Part shown: positions 21,802 to 31,173 of the stretch, piece by piece
Numbering within the stretch: position 1 is the stretch's first letter
Layout: each line of letters starts with the position of its first letter
NCBI GenBank assembly: GCA_018672285.1
Contig: JABHGC010000237.1
Span: forward strand, 17,883 to 81,882
Direction: 5' to 3'
Origin: Methylococcales bacterium
GTDB lineage: Bacteria; Pseudomonadota; Gammaproteobacteria; JABHGC01
DNA: 64,000 nucleotides
Translations under genes and position numbers: made by a program
The notes under the pieces: model-generated
What the model was told of the DNA's origin: nothing
Databases searched by the model: none
Seen by the model: the letters and a program-made list of their open reading frames with translations, nothing else

Positions 21802-21911
21802 GGTTTCGAAATAAAAAACGTAGCGGTTTAGATTTGATCTAGGTACAAATAAAAAATAAATTTAATAACTGTTTGAGTGTTAATACTCTTTCAATTAAGG
21901 AATAAATAAAC

Positions 21912-23660
21912 ATGGCAAATATCGTTGATGTGGTCGTTCCCAATATAGGGGATTTTGATAAAGTTGAAATTATTGAGGTCTTAGTCTCTGCGGGTGATGA
22001 AGTCACCAAAGAAGACCCTATTATCACTTTAGAAAGCGATAAAGCCTCGATGGATATTCCAACATCAGAATCTGGCATCGTAAAAGAAGTTAAGGTTGAA
22101 GTGGGCGGTAAGATTGGTGAAGGTGATTTAATCTTAACGTTAGAAGTTTCTGCTGATAGTAATGCGCCTTCACCTAAAGAAGAGCCAGCAGCAGAGCCAA
22201 AGTCTGCCACGATCACTGCGCCAACTGCATCGGCTGCTGCTGGGGATGCGGATATGCAAACCGAAGTACTGGTTTTAGGCTCTGGCCCTGGTGGTTACAC
22301 AGCGGCTTTTCGTGCGGCAGATTTAGGCAAAAAAGTCATCATGGTTGAGCGCTACCCAGTGATTGGTGGTGTTTGTCTGAACGTGGGTTGTATACCGTCG
22401 AAGGCGTTGCTGCATGTGGCTCAAGTGATGAATGAGGCGGAAGAATTTGCCGATATTGGGGTGAAATTTGGTAAGCCAGAAGTTGATTTAGAAGGCATCA
22501 AAAAGCATAAAAACGGCACCGTAAAGAAACTAACCGGCGGTTTAAAAGCGTTGGCGAAACAACGTAAAGTCACCATTGTCACCGGTTACGGTAAATTTGA
22601 AAGTGCCAATACCGTTGTGGTTGAAACCGATGAAGGTACAAAGCGAATTTCTTTTGAGAATGCGATTATTGCCGCAGGTTCAAGTGCCACTCAAATTCCG
22701 GTTTTCCCAAATGATGATCCACGATTAATTGACTCAACGGGTGCGCTTGAGATGGATGGTGTTCCTGAAACCATGTTAGTGGTTGGTGGGGGGATCATTG
22801 GTCTAGAAATGGCGACGGTTTATGATGCGCTAGGCACAAAAATTAGCATTGTCGAGTTAATGGATGGTTTGATCCCGGGTTGTGATAAAGATTTGGTGAA
22901 ACCCTTGCATCGCCGAATTGCCAAAAAATATGAAAAAATATATCTCGGTACACGAGTCACTGCGATTGAATCTACGGATGCAGGCTTAAAAGTCTCCTTT
23001 GAAGGTAAGGGCGCGCCTGAGTCTGCAGTGTACGATAAAGTATTGGTTGCCGTGGGTCGCCGTCCAAACGGCCCATTGATAGATGCCGACAAAGCTGGCG
23101 TGATCGTCAATGAGCAAGGTTTTATTCCTGTTGATCGTCAGCAAATAACAAATGTCCCGCATATTTATGCCATTGGTGACATTGTTGGCAACCCAATGCT
23201 CGCGCATAAAGCGGTTCATGAGGGTAAAGTTGCCGCTGAAGTCATTGCAGGGCATAAGTCCGGCTTTGATGCTTTAACCATACCATCGGTTGCCTATACC
23301 GATCCTGAGGTTGCATGGATGGGGTTAACCGAAACGGAAGCTAAAGAGAAAGGCATTAAAGTGGAAGTGGGTGCCTTCCCGTGGGCTGCGAGTGGTCGTT
23401 CATTGAGTATCGGTCGGTCTGAAGGCTTGACCAAAATGATCTTTGACCCAGAAACCAAACGCCTGCTAGGGGCTGGCATTGTTGGTACTAATGCCGGTGA
23501 ATTAATTGCAGAAGCGGTACTTGGGCTAGAAATGGGGGCTGATATGCAAGATATTGGTTTAACCGTGCACCCTCATCCAACCTTATCAGAGACGTTGTGT
23601 TTTGCCTCAGAAATGGCAGAGGGCACCATTACGGATTTGATCCCCAAGAAAAAACGTTAA
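21912..23660 (+). CDS. lpdA: Dihydrolipoamide dehydrogenase E3 with N-terminal lipoyl domain
   Basis: ESDKA lipoyl domain, GSGPGG, CLNVGCIPSK redox disulfide, HPHPTLSE. Confidence 0.97.
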   Translation: MANIVDVVVPNIGDFDKVEIIEVLVSAGDEVTKEDPIITLESDKASMDIPTSESGIVKEVKVEVGGKIGEGDLILTLEVSADSNAPSPKEEPAAEPKSATITAPTASAAAGDADMQTEVLVLGSGPGGYTAAFRAADLGKKVIMVERYPVIGGVCLNVGCIPSKALLHVAQVMNEAEEFADIGVKFGKPEVDLEGIKKHKNGTVKKLTGGLKALAKQRKVTIVTGYGKFESANTVVVETDEGTKRISFENAIIAAGSSATQIPVFPNDDPRLIDSTGALEMDGVPETMLVVGGGIIGLEMATVYDALGTKISIVELMDGLIPGCDKDLVKPLHRRIAKKYEKIYLGTRVTAIESTDAGLKVSFEGKGAPESAVYDKVLVAVGRRPNGPLIDADKAGVIVNEQGFIPVDRQQITNVPHIYAIGDIVGNPMLAHKAVHEGKVAAEVIAGHKSGFDALTIPSVAYTDPEVAWMGLTETEAKEKGIKVEVGAFPWAASGRSLSIGRSEGLTKMIFDPETKRLLGAGIVGTNAGELIAEAVLGLEMGADMQDIGLTVHPHPTLSETLCFASEMAEGTITDLIPKKKR

Positions 23661-23822
23661 GTGTGTTGCAGCTGAGTGGTTTTATGCGCTCAGCGGTAAA
23701 ATGAAAGTGATGCGTCACCCGTCTCTGTTGTTTGTTCTTACAGGGATGTATCACTTGTCTTAGTTATCGATGGTCTCTAGAAAGCACCATCATTGTCAGT
23801 CTTTATATAAGTTGTTTCTGTT

Positions 23823-24584
23823 ATGCCTTTGACCCTCAATTTTCAAGTCGTCGGTAGCGGCGAGCCGGTTGTTATTTTGCATGGGCTATTTGGTTCTTTG
23901 ACGAATTGGCAGCAAGTGGCAAAGCAGTTGGCAACCCAGTATCAAGTTTATTCAGTAGACTTGCGTAACCATGGGCAGTCTCCGCACGATCACTCTATGC
24001 ATTACACGGACATGGTTGCAGACCTTGAGTTATTTTTGCGGTCACAGTCAATAGCCGATGTTCATCTTATTGGTCACAGTATGGGTGGCAAGGTTGCGAT
24101 GCAATATAGCTTGGCACATTCCGAGCAAGTATCCTCATTAACCGTTGTCGATATTGCCCCAGTTCAGTATCATCACGACTTTAATGACATCATTGCAGGG
24201 CTAAAGGCCATTGATCTGGAGGCATTAACGGGCAGGCAGCAAGCCGTTGACGTGTTGGCTCCGTATGTTAAGCCTTTGGGGTTGCGGCAATTTTTACTGC
24301 AAAACTTGGTTTCAAACAATGGGCAGTATCAGTGGCGGATTAATATTTCAGCGATTGAGCATGAAATTACCAATATTGGTGACTTTCCAGATGTTGATGG
24401 TGCGTATTTAGGTCCTACTTTATTTGTGAAAGGTGAAGATTCTGACTATGTATTGCCAGAGTATGAGGCCCAGATTAATCAGTGGTTTCCTCATGCTCAA
24501 ATTGAGGGTATTGCTGAGGCTGGGCATTGGGTTCATGCTGAACAACCAAAGTTGTTCATGCAGGCGTTGTTGTCATTTTTGTAG
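23823..24584 (+). CDS. Alpha/beta hydrolase (YbfF-like esterase)
   Basis: LHGLFGS, DLRNHG, GHSMGGK, AGHWVHAE. Confidence 0.9.
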   Translation: MPLTLNFQVVGSGEPVVILHGLFGSLTNWQQVAKQLATQYQVYSVDLRNHGQSPHDHSMHYTDMVADLELFLRSQSIADVHLIGHSMGGKVAMQYSLAHSEQVSSLTVVDIAPVQYHHDFNDIIAGLKAIDLEALTGRQQAVDVLAPYVKPLGLRQFLLQNLVSNNGQYQWRINISAIEHEITNIGDFPDVDGAYLGPTLFVKGEDSDYVLPEYEAQINQWFPHAQIEGIAEAGHWVHAEQPKLFMQALLSFL

Positions 24585-24739
24585 CGGCTATAAAGCGAGC
24601 CGTTAATGTTTGAAGTGAAGTACAGGTGTAAAGCGTTTACGCAAAAGCACTATAGTTATGAAACCGTTGTTCGCTTAACTCAACAGAGTTTGAATGACAC
24701 AGTTATTTTAGCCATATTTAATATATTACGAGGCGCACC

Positions 24740-25951
24740 ATGTCTAATATCAATAAAGTCGTTTTAGCATATTCAGGCGGTTTAGATACCGCGGTTATCT
24801 TAAAATGGTTACAAGAAACCTATGACTGTGAAGTGGTCACTTTTACAGCCGATATTGGTCAAGGTGAGGAAGTTGAGTCTGCTCGCGGCAAAGCCGAAGC
24901 CTTGGGTGTGAAAGAAATTTACATTGAAGATTTAAGTGAAATCTTTGTTCGTGATTATGTCTTTCCAATGTTTCGAGCCAATGCCATCTATGAAGGTGAG
25001 TACTTGTTAGGGACTTCAATTGCTCGCCCTTTAATTGCAAGGCGTTTGGTTGAGATTGCACAAGAAACAGGTGCCGAAGCCATCTCTCATGGTGCAACGG
25101 GTAAGGGGAATGATCAGATACGGTTTGAGTTAGGTGCGTATGCCTTGATGCCAGGGGTGCAAATTATTGCACCATGGAGAATATGGGATTTAACGTCTCG
25201 TGAAACCTTAATGGCGTATGCGGCAGAGCACAATATCCCTGTAGAACAAAAACGAGGTGCAAAATCACCTTACTCAATGGATGCTAACTTACTGCATATT
25301 TCGTATGAAGGTGGCATTTTAGAAGACCCTTGGAACCGCCCTGATGATGATATGTGGCGTTGGTCAGTGTCTCCTGAAGACGCACCAAATGAAGGCTTGG
25401 AGATTGATTTAACCTACCGTAATGGTGATATCACTGAAATTGACGGTGCAGCATTAACGCCGGCACAAGTGTTACGTAAGCTCAATGAATTGGGTGGCGC
25501 GCATGGTGTTGGTCGTACTGATATCGTTGAAAACCGTTTTGTTGGTATGAAGTCTCGCGGTTGTTACGAAACCCCTGGTGGCACGATTATGATGCGCGCA
25601 CACCGTGCCATCGAGTCTATTACACTAGACCGTGAAGCGGCACATCTGAAAGATGAGTTGATGCCTAAGTATGCTACGTTAGTGTACAACGGTTACTGGT
25701 GGAGCCCTGAGCGTGAGATGATGCAATCCATGATTGATATGTCTCAAAAATACGTTAATGGTGTGGTAAAAATTAAGTTGTATAAAGGTAATGTGATTGT
25801 ATTAGGCCGTAAATCAGATGATACGTTGTTTGATGAGTCAGTTGCTACATTTGATGATGATGGTGGTGCTTACGACCAAAAAGATGCAGAAGGCTTTATT
25901 AAGCTGAATGCATTACGTTTGAGAATTGCAGCGATGAAGCATCGAAAATAG
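24740..25951 (+). CDS. argG: Argininosuccinate synthase
   Basis: [36 protein letters not shown]. Confidence 0.98.
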   Translation: MSNINKVVLAYSGGLDTAVILKWLQETYDCEVVTFTADIGQGEEVESARGKAEALGVKEIYIEDLSEIFVRDYVFPMFRANAIYEGEYLLGTSIARPLIARRLVEIAQETGAEAISHGATGKGNDQIRFELGAYALMPGVQIIAPWRIWDLTSRETLMAYAAEHNIPVEQKRGAKSPYSMDANLLHISYEGGILEDPWNRPDDDMWRWSVSPEDAPNEGLEIDLTYRNGDITEIDGAALTPAQVLRKLNELGGAHGVGRTDIVENRFVGMKSRGCYETPGGTIMMRAHRAIESITLDREAAHLKDELMPKYATLVYNGYWWSPEREMMQSMIDMSQKYVNGVVKIKLYKGNVIVLGRKSDDTLFDESVATFDDDGGAYDQKDAEGFIKLNALRLRIAAMKHRK

Positions 25952-25978
25952 TTTTATCAAGACTTATAGTTTGAATTA

Positions 25979-26013
25979 GCACATTTTAGAGGTTTTCTAA
26001 AATGTGTTTTTTT
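25979..26013 (+). terminator. Intrinsic terminator after argG
   Basis: GCACATTTTAGA/TCTAAAATGTGT stem followed by a T run. Confidence 0.75.
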
Positions 26014-26252
26014 ATGCCTATTGAAAGGTGCCTGGATTTCAGGTGTCAATAGAGTGCAGTTGTCATTTTCAATAGGTTGGATTTCTCTTTTTTGTTCTTA
26101 TCTATTATTATATGAGCTAATTTAGCTGGAATAACATGGATGTGCTTTCTGTAATACCTTTTGTATTTTTCTGTAAGTGACTCCATGTTGTCTGATAAAG
26201 TAGCCGAAGGTCATATTTTATCGGTGCTGTATTCTGCATGCTTTAGTCTGAG

Positions 26253-27404
26253 CTAGCTGCATACTTGGTTTCTTCCCTTCTTTTTGGCTTTATATAAAGC
26301 CTTGTCTGCATTTTTAACAACATCATTAGGGGTTTGTCTCGCCATTTTTAAGGCGCAGCCAATACTAATGGTCACGGAGACATTTTTCTTGGTTTTACCT
26401 TTATTGGATTTAATGATGCGGCTTTCTACTGCTTCACGGACTTGCTCGAGTTTATCCATCGCTTTATCAAAATTACCGGAAGAAAAGACAATGGTGAATT
26501 CTTCACCACCATAGCGATATGCATTTTGGCCAACACATTTTTTAATGGTACGAGCAACATCATTCAGCACTTTATCGCCCATATCGTGGCCGTAGGTGTC
26601 ATTGAATTTTTTGAAGTGATCAATGTCGATCATTGCAATACAGTAGTGACCCGTTAACCCTGCAAGGCGTTCGTTTAAAGCGCGTCTTGCAGGTATTTGA
26701 GTTAAATCATCATAAAAAGCAATGCTATGTAGGTGAGATAATAATCCAAATAAGCTGATGCTGAGTGCGGTGGTGATCAAACTTTGAAATAACCAAGCTT
26801 CATGGCTGTAGTGAAAGGCTAAAAATAGTGCGATAAAGGCCCCAAAATAACTTTGTCGTAATGATGATGGATAAGCCCTAAAAAAGAGAATGACACTTGC
26901 AGATAGCATTGAGTACAGTATCCAGTCAGCTTGAGATAGGTGGTTTAAAACGGGTGCCTTCTGCTGTAACCAAGCTGTAACCGGTGTTAATACGTCACTG
27001 TGCTGTGTTAGCCAAACAGCCGCACTGACTTGTGCTGCAAGTAAAGACCATTTAAGCAAATTTCTTAATGTGAAAAAGTGGACATCTTGAAATAAACAGC
27101 AAAATAAGGCGTTGCTAATAAGTAAGGCGATGATGCCAATCTCATGGATATGGTTGTGAACAATCGGCTGACTTTGATAGAGCAGTAACCCAATAGACAA
27201 TGTGCTGATTAATAAGCAAGTGGTCCGGTGAAATTTAAGACATAACAGAATATTAATGCTGGCAATAATATAAGGGAGGAGCTGTAGTAAACCCTGAATT
27301 TTCGAGGTGAGTTGTATCACATAAGGCTGAGCATAAAAAACACTGGCTACGAATAATAATGGTAAAAATAGAGTGGACAGGGTGTGTCCTAGCAATGCGC
27401 GCAT
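26253..27404 (-). CDS. Membrane-integral diguanylate cyclase (GGEEF)
   Basis: Multiple TM helices, then YDDLTQIPARR, DIDHFKKFNDTYGH, YRYGGEEF, ADKALYKAK; no RxxD I-site. Confidence 0.9.
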   Translation of the reverse strand: MRALLGHTLSTLFLPLLFVASVFYAQPYVIQLTSKIQGLLQLLPYIIASINILLCLKFHRTTCLLISTLSIGLLLYQSQPIVHNHIHEIGIIALLISNALFCCLFQDVHFFTLRNLLKWSLLAAQVSAAVWLTQHSDVLTPVTAWLQQKAPVLNHLSQADWILYSMLSASVILFFRAYPSSLRQSYFGAFIALFLAFHYSHEAWLFQSLITTALSISLFGLLSHLHSIAFYDDLTQIPARRALNERLAGLTGHYCIAMIDIDHFKKFNDTYGHDMGDKVLNDVARTIKKCVGQNAYRYGGEEFTIVFSSGNFDKAMDKLEQVREAVESRIIKSNKGKTKKNVSVTISIGCALKMARQTPNDVVKNADKALYKAKKKGRNQVCS

Positions 27405-27435
27405 ACCAACCCCCGAGAGCTAACTGATTAATTGA

Positions 27436-27462
27436 TTATCGGCAAGCCAGCCATGAACTTTA
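27436..27462 (-). promoter_or_regulatory. Sigma28 (FliA) promoter of the diguanylate cyclase gene
   Basis: Minus strand reads TAAA-gttcatggctggctt (15 nt)-GCCGATAA, an exact match to the FliA consensus, 31 bp before the ATG. Confidence 0.8.
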
Positions 27463-27513
27463 GAGTTAACCCCAGAAAGTTTGGGGTGGGTTAATCTGTT
27501 TATCTTGTTTTTA

Positions 27514-27561
27514 CGCACCAAAATGAGGTGAAAATTTCTCTTTCCGTTCTGTTTTGGTGCA
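27514..27561. promoter_or_regulatory. Pair of NtrC-like half-sites upstream of the Amt-MCP gene
   Basis: CGCACCAAAATGAGGTG and CGTTCTGTTTTGGTGCA each match 9/14 of TGCACCA-N3-TGGTGCA; centres are 31 bp apart. Confidence 0.45.
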
Positions 27562-27621
27562 AGTTAAAGCTGTAAATATAGTCTATTGTTATATGAGACA
27601 AAAAATAATCAGGCTAATACT

Positions 27622-30600
27622 ATGCGTAAACTGTTTTATTCTCTTATTGCTTCGATGATTCTATTTATCCCTTTCGTTTTTGCAGCTGATGCACCTGATT
27701 TTGAAGCAAGACTGCAGGCAGTTGAGCAAACCCAAAATAACTTGAACCATGTTTGGACGATGATCGCGGCTTGCTTGGTTTTTTTTATGCAGGCAGGGTT
27801 TTTGTTTTTAGAAGCAGGCATGGTGCGCTCTAAAAATTCAATTAATGTCGCCCAGAAGAACATTGCAGACATCGTTATTTCAGCCGTTTGCTTTGGTGGT
27901 GTTGGGTTTATGTTGATGTTTGGTGATAGCCAAGGGGCATTCGGTTACCAATCTGACCTTCTGTTTTTTGACCAAGTAGAAGATTGGACATTTACCTTTT
28001 TTGTTTTCCAGGTGGTTTTTTGTGGCACGGCAGCCACCATCGTGTCTGGTGCGGTTGCAGAACGGATGCAATTTGTCGGGTACTTGTATACCACAGTCTT
28101 TATCGCGTTGATTGTGTACCCTCTATACGGTCATTGGGCTTGGGGGAACTTGTTGAATACAGACAATACTGCCTGGATTGCTGATTTAGGTTTTATCGAC
28201 TTTGCCGGGTCCACGGTGGTGCATTCTATTGGTGGCTGGGTGGCGTTAGCGGGTGTTGTTGTGTTGGGCGCAAGGATTGGCCGATTTGATGAAAAGACCG
28301 GTGAGGTTAAACGTTTAATAGGGCATAGCCCGGTCCTCGCAACCGTTGGTACCATTATTTTATGGATCGGTTGGATTGGCTTTAACGGCGGGTCTACGAC
28401 AGCGGGGACACCCCAATTTGCACATATTATTGCCAATACGGTGGTTGCCGGTGGTATTGGTGGGCTTGCAGGGTTAATCATTGGCAGAATAATGGATGGG
28501 TATTTTCGCCCGGACAGTTCCATCGTTGGCGTACTGGGTGGCTTAGTAGCCGTAACCGCAGGTTGCGATGTGCTATCGATGTGGGGCGCTGTGGTGATCG
28601 GGGCGAGTGGTGGCGCACTGTCAAATGTGATGGCGAAAGTCATGGTGACAAAGTGGAAGTTGGATGATGCGGTTGATGCGGTTGCCATTCATGGCTTTTC
28701 TGGCGCATGGGGTACCACTGTCATGGTGTTTTTAGTGCACCCTGAGAAATTAGAAATGGGGGTCTGGGCACAATTTGGCGTGCAATGTTTTGGTGTTTTT
28801 GTTGGCTTTGTTTGGGCATTTGGTCTGTCTTACGTGTTTTTCAAAATCTTGGATCGTGTTTTACCAGGTGGATTAAGGGTCACTAAAGAGCAAGAAAGGG
28901 AAGGGTTAAATGTATCAGAGCACGGGACTCAGCTCGGTACAGGAGAATTACTGAAAGGCATGATTGCACTCGCGGAGACCGGGGATTTTAATCAAGAGTT
29001 GGATGAAACCGCAGGGGATGAATCCGGGGAGCTGGCTATTGCCTTTAATCGCGTCGTGCTGTCAATGAGGCAACAAGATGAAGCAAGGGAGTTGGTGCAA
29101 AAGAAAAAGTTTTCACAGGAACGAGAGATTGCGATGGCCAGTACGCGGATAAAGCAGGCCTTAGATAATGTTTCGGCGAATGTGTTAGTGGCGGATGTCG
29201 GGCATAAAATTATTTATGCTAACCCTGCACTGCAAAACCTCTTTAAAGAGGTCGAGGGGGATTTGCACAAGGCCGTGCCAGATGTACGTGTCACCGAGAT
29301 TGAAGGTGTGCCTTTAGAGGTTTTGGCAACCAGCGATGCTTCTCCTTTTCATGCTGCACAGTTAGATTCTTTAGAGAGCGCTACCGGGACGGAAGTGGTT
29401 TATGGTAACAGTACGTTCGTTATTCAGGGCAACCCGGTCATGAATGAGCAACAGCAGCGAATTGGTTTTGTCTTTGAGTGGACAAATATCACTAAGGAGT
29501 TGGCTGTACAGCAAGAAATTGATGAGGTTGTTCAAGCCGCCAAACAAGGTGACTTTAATCATCGAATTCCGGTGGCAGAAAAACACGGCTTTATGCTCAG
29601 TCTTAGTGAGGGTATCAATCACGTGATTGATACATCAGCTGAAGGGTTGGATGAGGTCAAAGCGGTGTTGGCTGCCATTTCATCAGGGGATTTAAGCCGG
29701 CGTTTTGAAAAGGACTTTCCTGGCACTTTTGGTGAACTAAAAGAGTATTGTAACCATACGGTTGACTCTTTGAATGATGTGCTTGGGAGAATCTCTACCG
29801 TTGTAAAATCTGCCAATGCAGGGGATTTTAGCTCTGAAGTGTCCGTCAATGAACTATCAGGATACCAGGTTGAGATGGCCGAGAGCATTAATGCGCTTGT
29901 ATCGACAACGGCGACAGGTTTGTCTGAAGTTTCACAAGTCTTATCTGCAATTTCAAACGGTGATTTGTCTCAGAGAATAACGGTTGAATTACCTGGCACC
30001 TTTGGTGAACTCAGTGAGTATTGCAACCACACGGTAGATTCATTGCAAACCATTATAGGTCAGTTGGGGCGTGTTGTTGCTGCCGCAAATGAAGGGGATT
30101 TTGATGTAAGAGCAACGGTTGAAGGGTTGCAGGGTTATCAGAGTGAGGTCGGTGAGGGCATTAATCAATTGGTTGAAACCTGTAAACAAGGTTTGGATGA
30201 GGTGGTGATGGTACTCTCTGCGTTGTCCAAAGGGGATTTATCGACCACGATTACAGGGGATTATCAGGGCATATTTTTGCAGCTGAAAAACAGTGCAAAT
30301 GGCACCATTGCCCAATTGGTTTCGACCATTGACCAAATACACCAATCGTCTGATTTTGTTGCCGCTGTTGCTGACAATATTTCTTCTGCTAATAGTAACC
30401 TTAAGGAGAGAACAGAACAGCAAATACGCTTTTTAGGGAATACAAAAGATAATGTAAAACAGATGGTTGGGGTTGTTGATTTAAACATGAACCACTCCGA
30501 GGAGGCTCGAGACCTAGCGGGTAAGGCTCAATTGCAAGCGACTAAGGGTGGACAGGTTATGACCCTGGTTAAGACCTCAATGGAAGGGATAAAAGACAGT

Positions 30601-31098
30601 AGCGACCGTATTACTGATATTATTGAGGTCATTGATGGCATTGCATTTCAAACCAATTTATTAGCGCTCAATGCGTCGGTTGAAGCCGCTAGGGCAGGTG
30701 ATCAAGGCAAAGGTTTTGCGGTGGTTGCGACTGAAGTGCGTAATTTGGCATTGAGAAGTAAAACAGCCTCAAAAGAAATTGCGGATTTAATCAAAGAAAG
30801 TCGTGAAAATGTTGTTAATGGTGGGCGCCTGGTTGATGAGTTTGATCAGGTTCTAAATGGTATTATGCGGTCTGTGAATCAAGTGAATAAAATTAATTAT
30901 AGCGTTGCAGATGCCAGTAAAGAGCAACATAAAAGCATCAATGAAATGACGGAGCAGTTTGAGAAAATGGGGCAGACAACGGATGAGAATGCTTCTTTGG
31001 TAGGGCAAGTTGCCGTCAGTAGCAAAAAATTGGTGTCTAGTGCGATAACGTTGAGGGAGCAGATGGCCTTTTTTCAAATAGCGCCATCAGCAGTTTAA
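27622..31098 (+). CDS. Ammonium transporter (Amt) fused to HAMP-PAS-polyHAMP-MCP signalling domain
   Basis: Amt motifs [46 protein letters not shown] region [13 protein letters not shown]...FEW. MCP tip [37 protein letters not shown]. Start placed at ATG 27622; the ORF track starts at 27586. Confidence 0.92.
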   Translation: MRKLFYSLIASMILFIPFVFAADAPDFEARLQAVEQTQNNLNHVWTMIAACLVFFMQAGFLFLEAGMVRSKNSINVAQKNIADIVISAVCFGGVGFMLMFGDSQGAFGYQSDLLFFDQVEDWTFTFFVFQVVFCGTAATIVSGAVAERMQFVGYLYTTVFIALIVYPLYGHWAWGNLLNTDNTAWIADLGFIDFAGSTVVHSIGGWVALAGVVVLGARIGRFDEKTGEVKRLIGHSPVLATVGTIILWIGWIGFNGGSTTAGTPQFAHIIANTVVAGGIGGLAGLIIGRIMDGYFRPDSSIVGVLGGLVAVTAGCDVLSMWGAVVIGASGGALSNVMAKVMVTKWKLDDAVDAVAIHGFSGAWGTTVMVFLVHPEKLEMGVWAQFGVQCFGVFVGFVWAFGLSYVFFKILDRVLPGGLRVTKEQEREGLNVSEHGTQLGTGELLKGMIALAETGDFNQELDETAGDESGELAIAFNRVVLSMRQQDEARELVQKKKFSQEREIAMASTRIKQALDNVSANVLVADVGHKIIYANPALQNLFKEVEGDLHKAVPDVRVTEIEGVPLEVLATSDASPFHAAQLDSLESATGTEVVYGNSTFVIQGNPVMNEQQQRIGFVFEWTNITKELAVQQEIDEVVQAAKQGDFNHRIPVAEKHGFMLSLSEGINHVIDTSAEGLDEVKAVLAAISSGDLSRRFEKDFPGTFGELKEYCNHTVDSLNDVLGRISTVVKSANAGDFSSEVSVNELSGYQVEMAESINALVSTTATGLSEVSQVLSAISNGDLSQRITVELPGTFGELSEYCNHTVDSLQTIIGQLGRVVAAANEGDFDVRATVEGLQGYQSEVGEGINQLVETCKQGLDEVVMVLSALSKGDLSTTITGDYQGIFLQLKNSANGTIAQLVSTIDQIHQSSDFVAAVADNISSANSNLKERTEQQIRFLGNTKDNVKQMVGVVDLNMNHSEEARDLAGKAQLQATKGGQVMTLVKTSMEGIKDSSDRITDIIEVIDGIAFQTNLLALNASVEAARAGDQGKGFAVVATEVRNLALRSKTASKEIADLIKESRENVVNGGRLVDEFDQVLNGIMRSVNQVNKINYSVADASKEQHKSINEMTEQFEKMGQTTDENASLVGQVAVSSKKLVSSAITLREQMAFFQIAPSAV

Positions 31099-31133
31099 CA
31101 AGGATATTTTGCGGTGAAGTTTTAATCTGATCA

Positions 31134-31165
31134 TAGGAGGCGAGCAGAACAAGGCTCACCTCCTA
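31134..31165. terminator. Hairpin between the convergent Amt-MCP and chitinase genes
   Basis: TAGGAGGCGAGC/GCTCACCTCCTA stem (11/12; the mismatch is G-U on the minus strand); no strong U tail. Confidence 0.55.
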
Positions 31166-31173
31166 AATTAGGC

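Noticed and set aside
21912-22260. Lipoyl domain on E3 (lpdA)
   Set aside because: A known arrangement in several beta- and gammaproteobacteria such as Neisseria and Ralstonia; not novel.
23671-23790. Three short hairpins after lpdA
   Set aside because: Consistent with ordinary terminator or stability structures; no riboswitch or ncRNA motif recognised.
27554-27570. Sigma54 promoter for the Amt-MCP gene (TTGGTGC...GC)
   Set aside because: GG-to-GC spacing is 11 rather than the strictly required 10.
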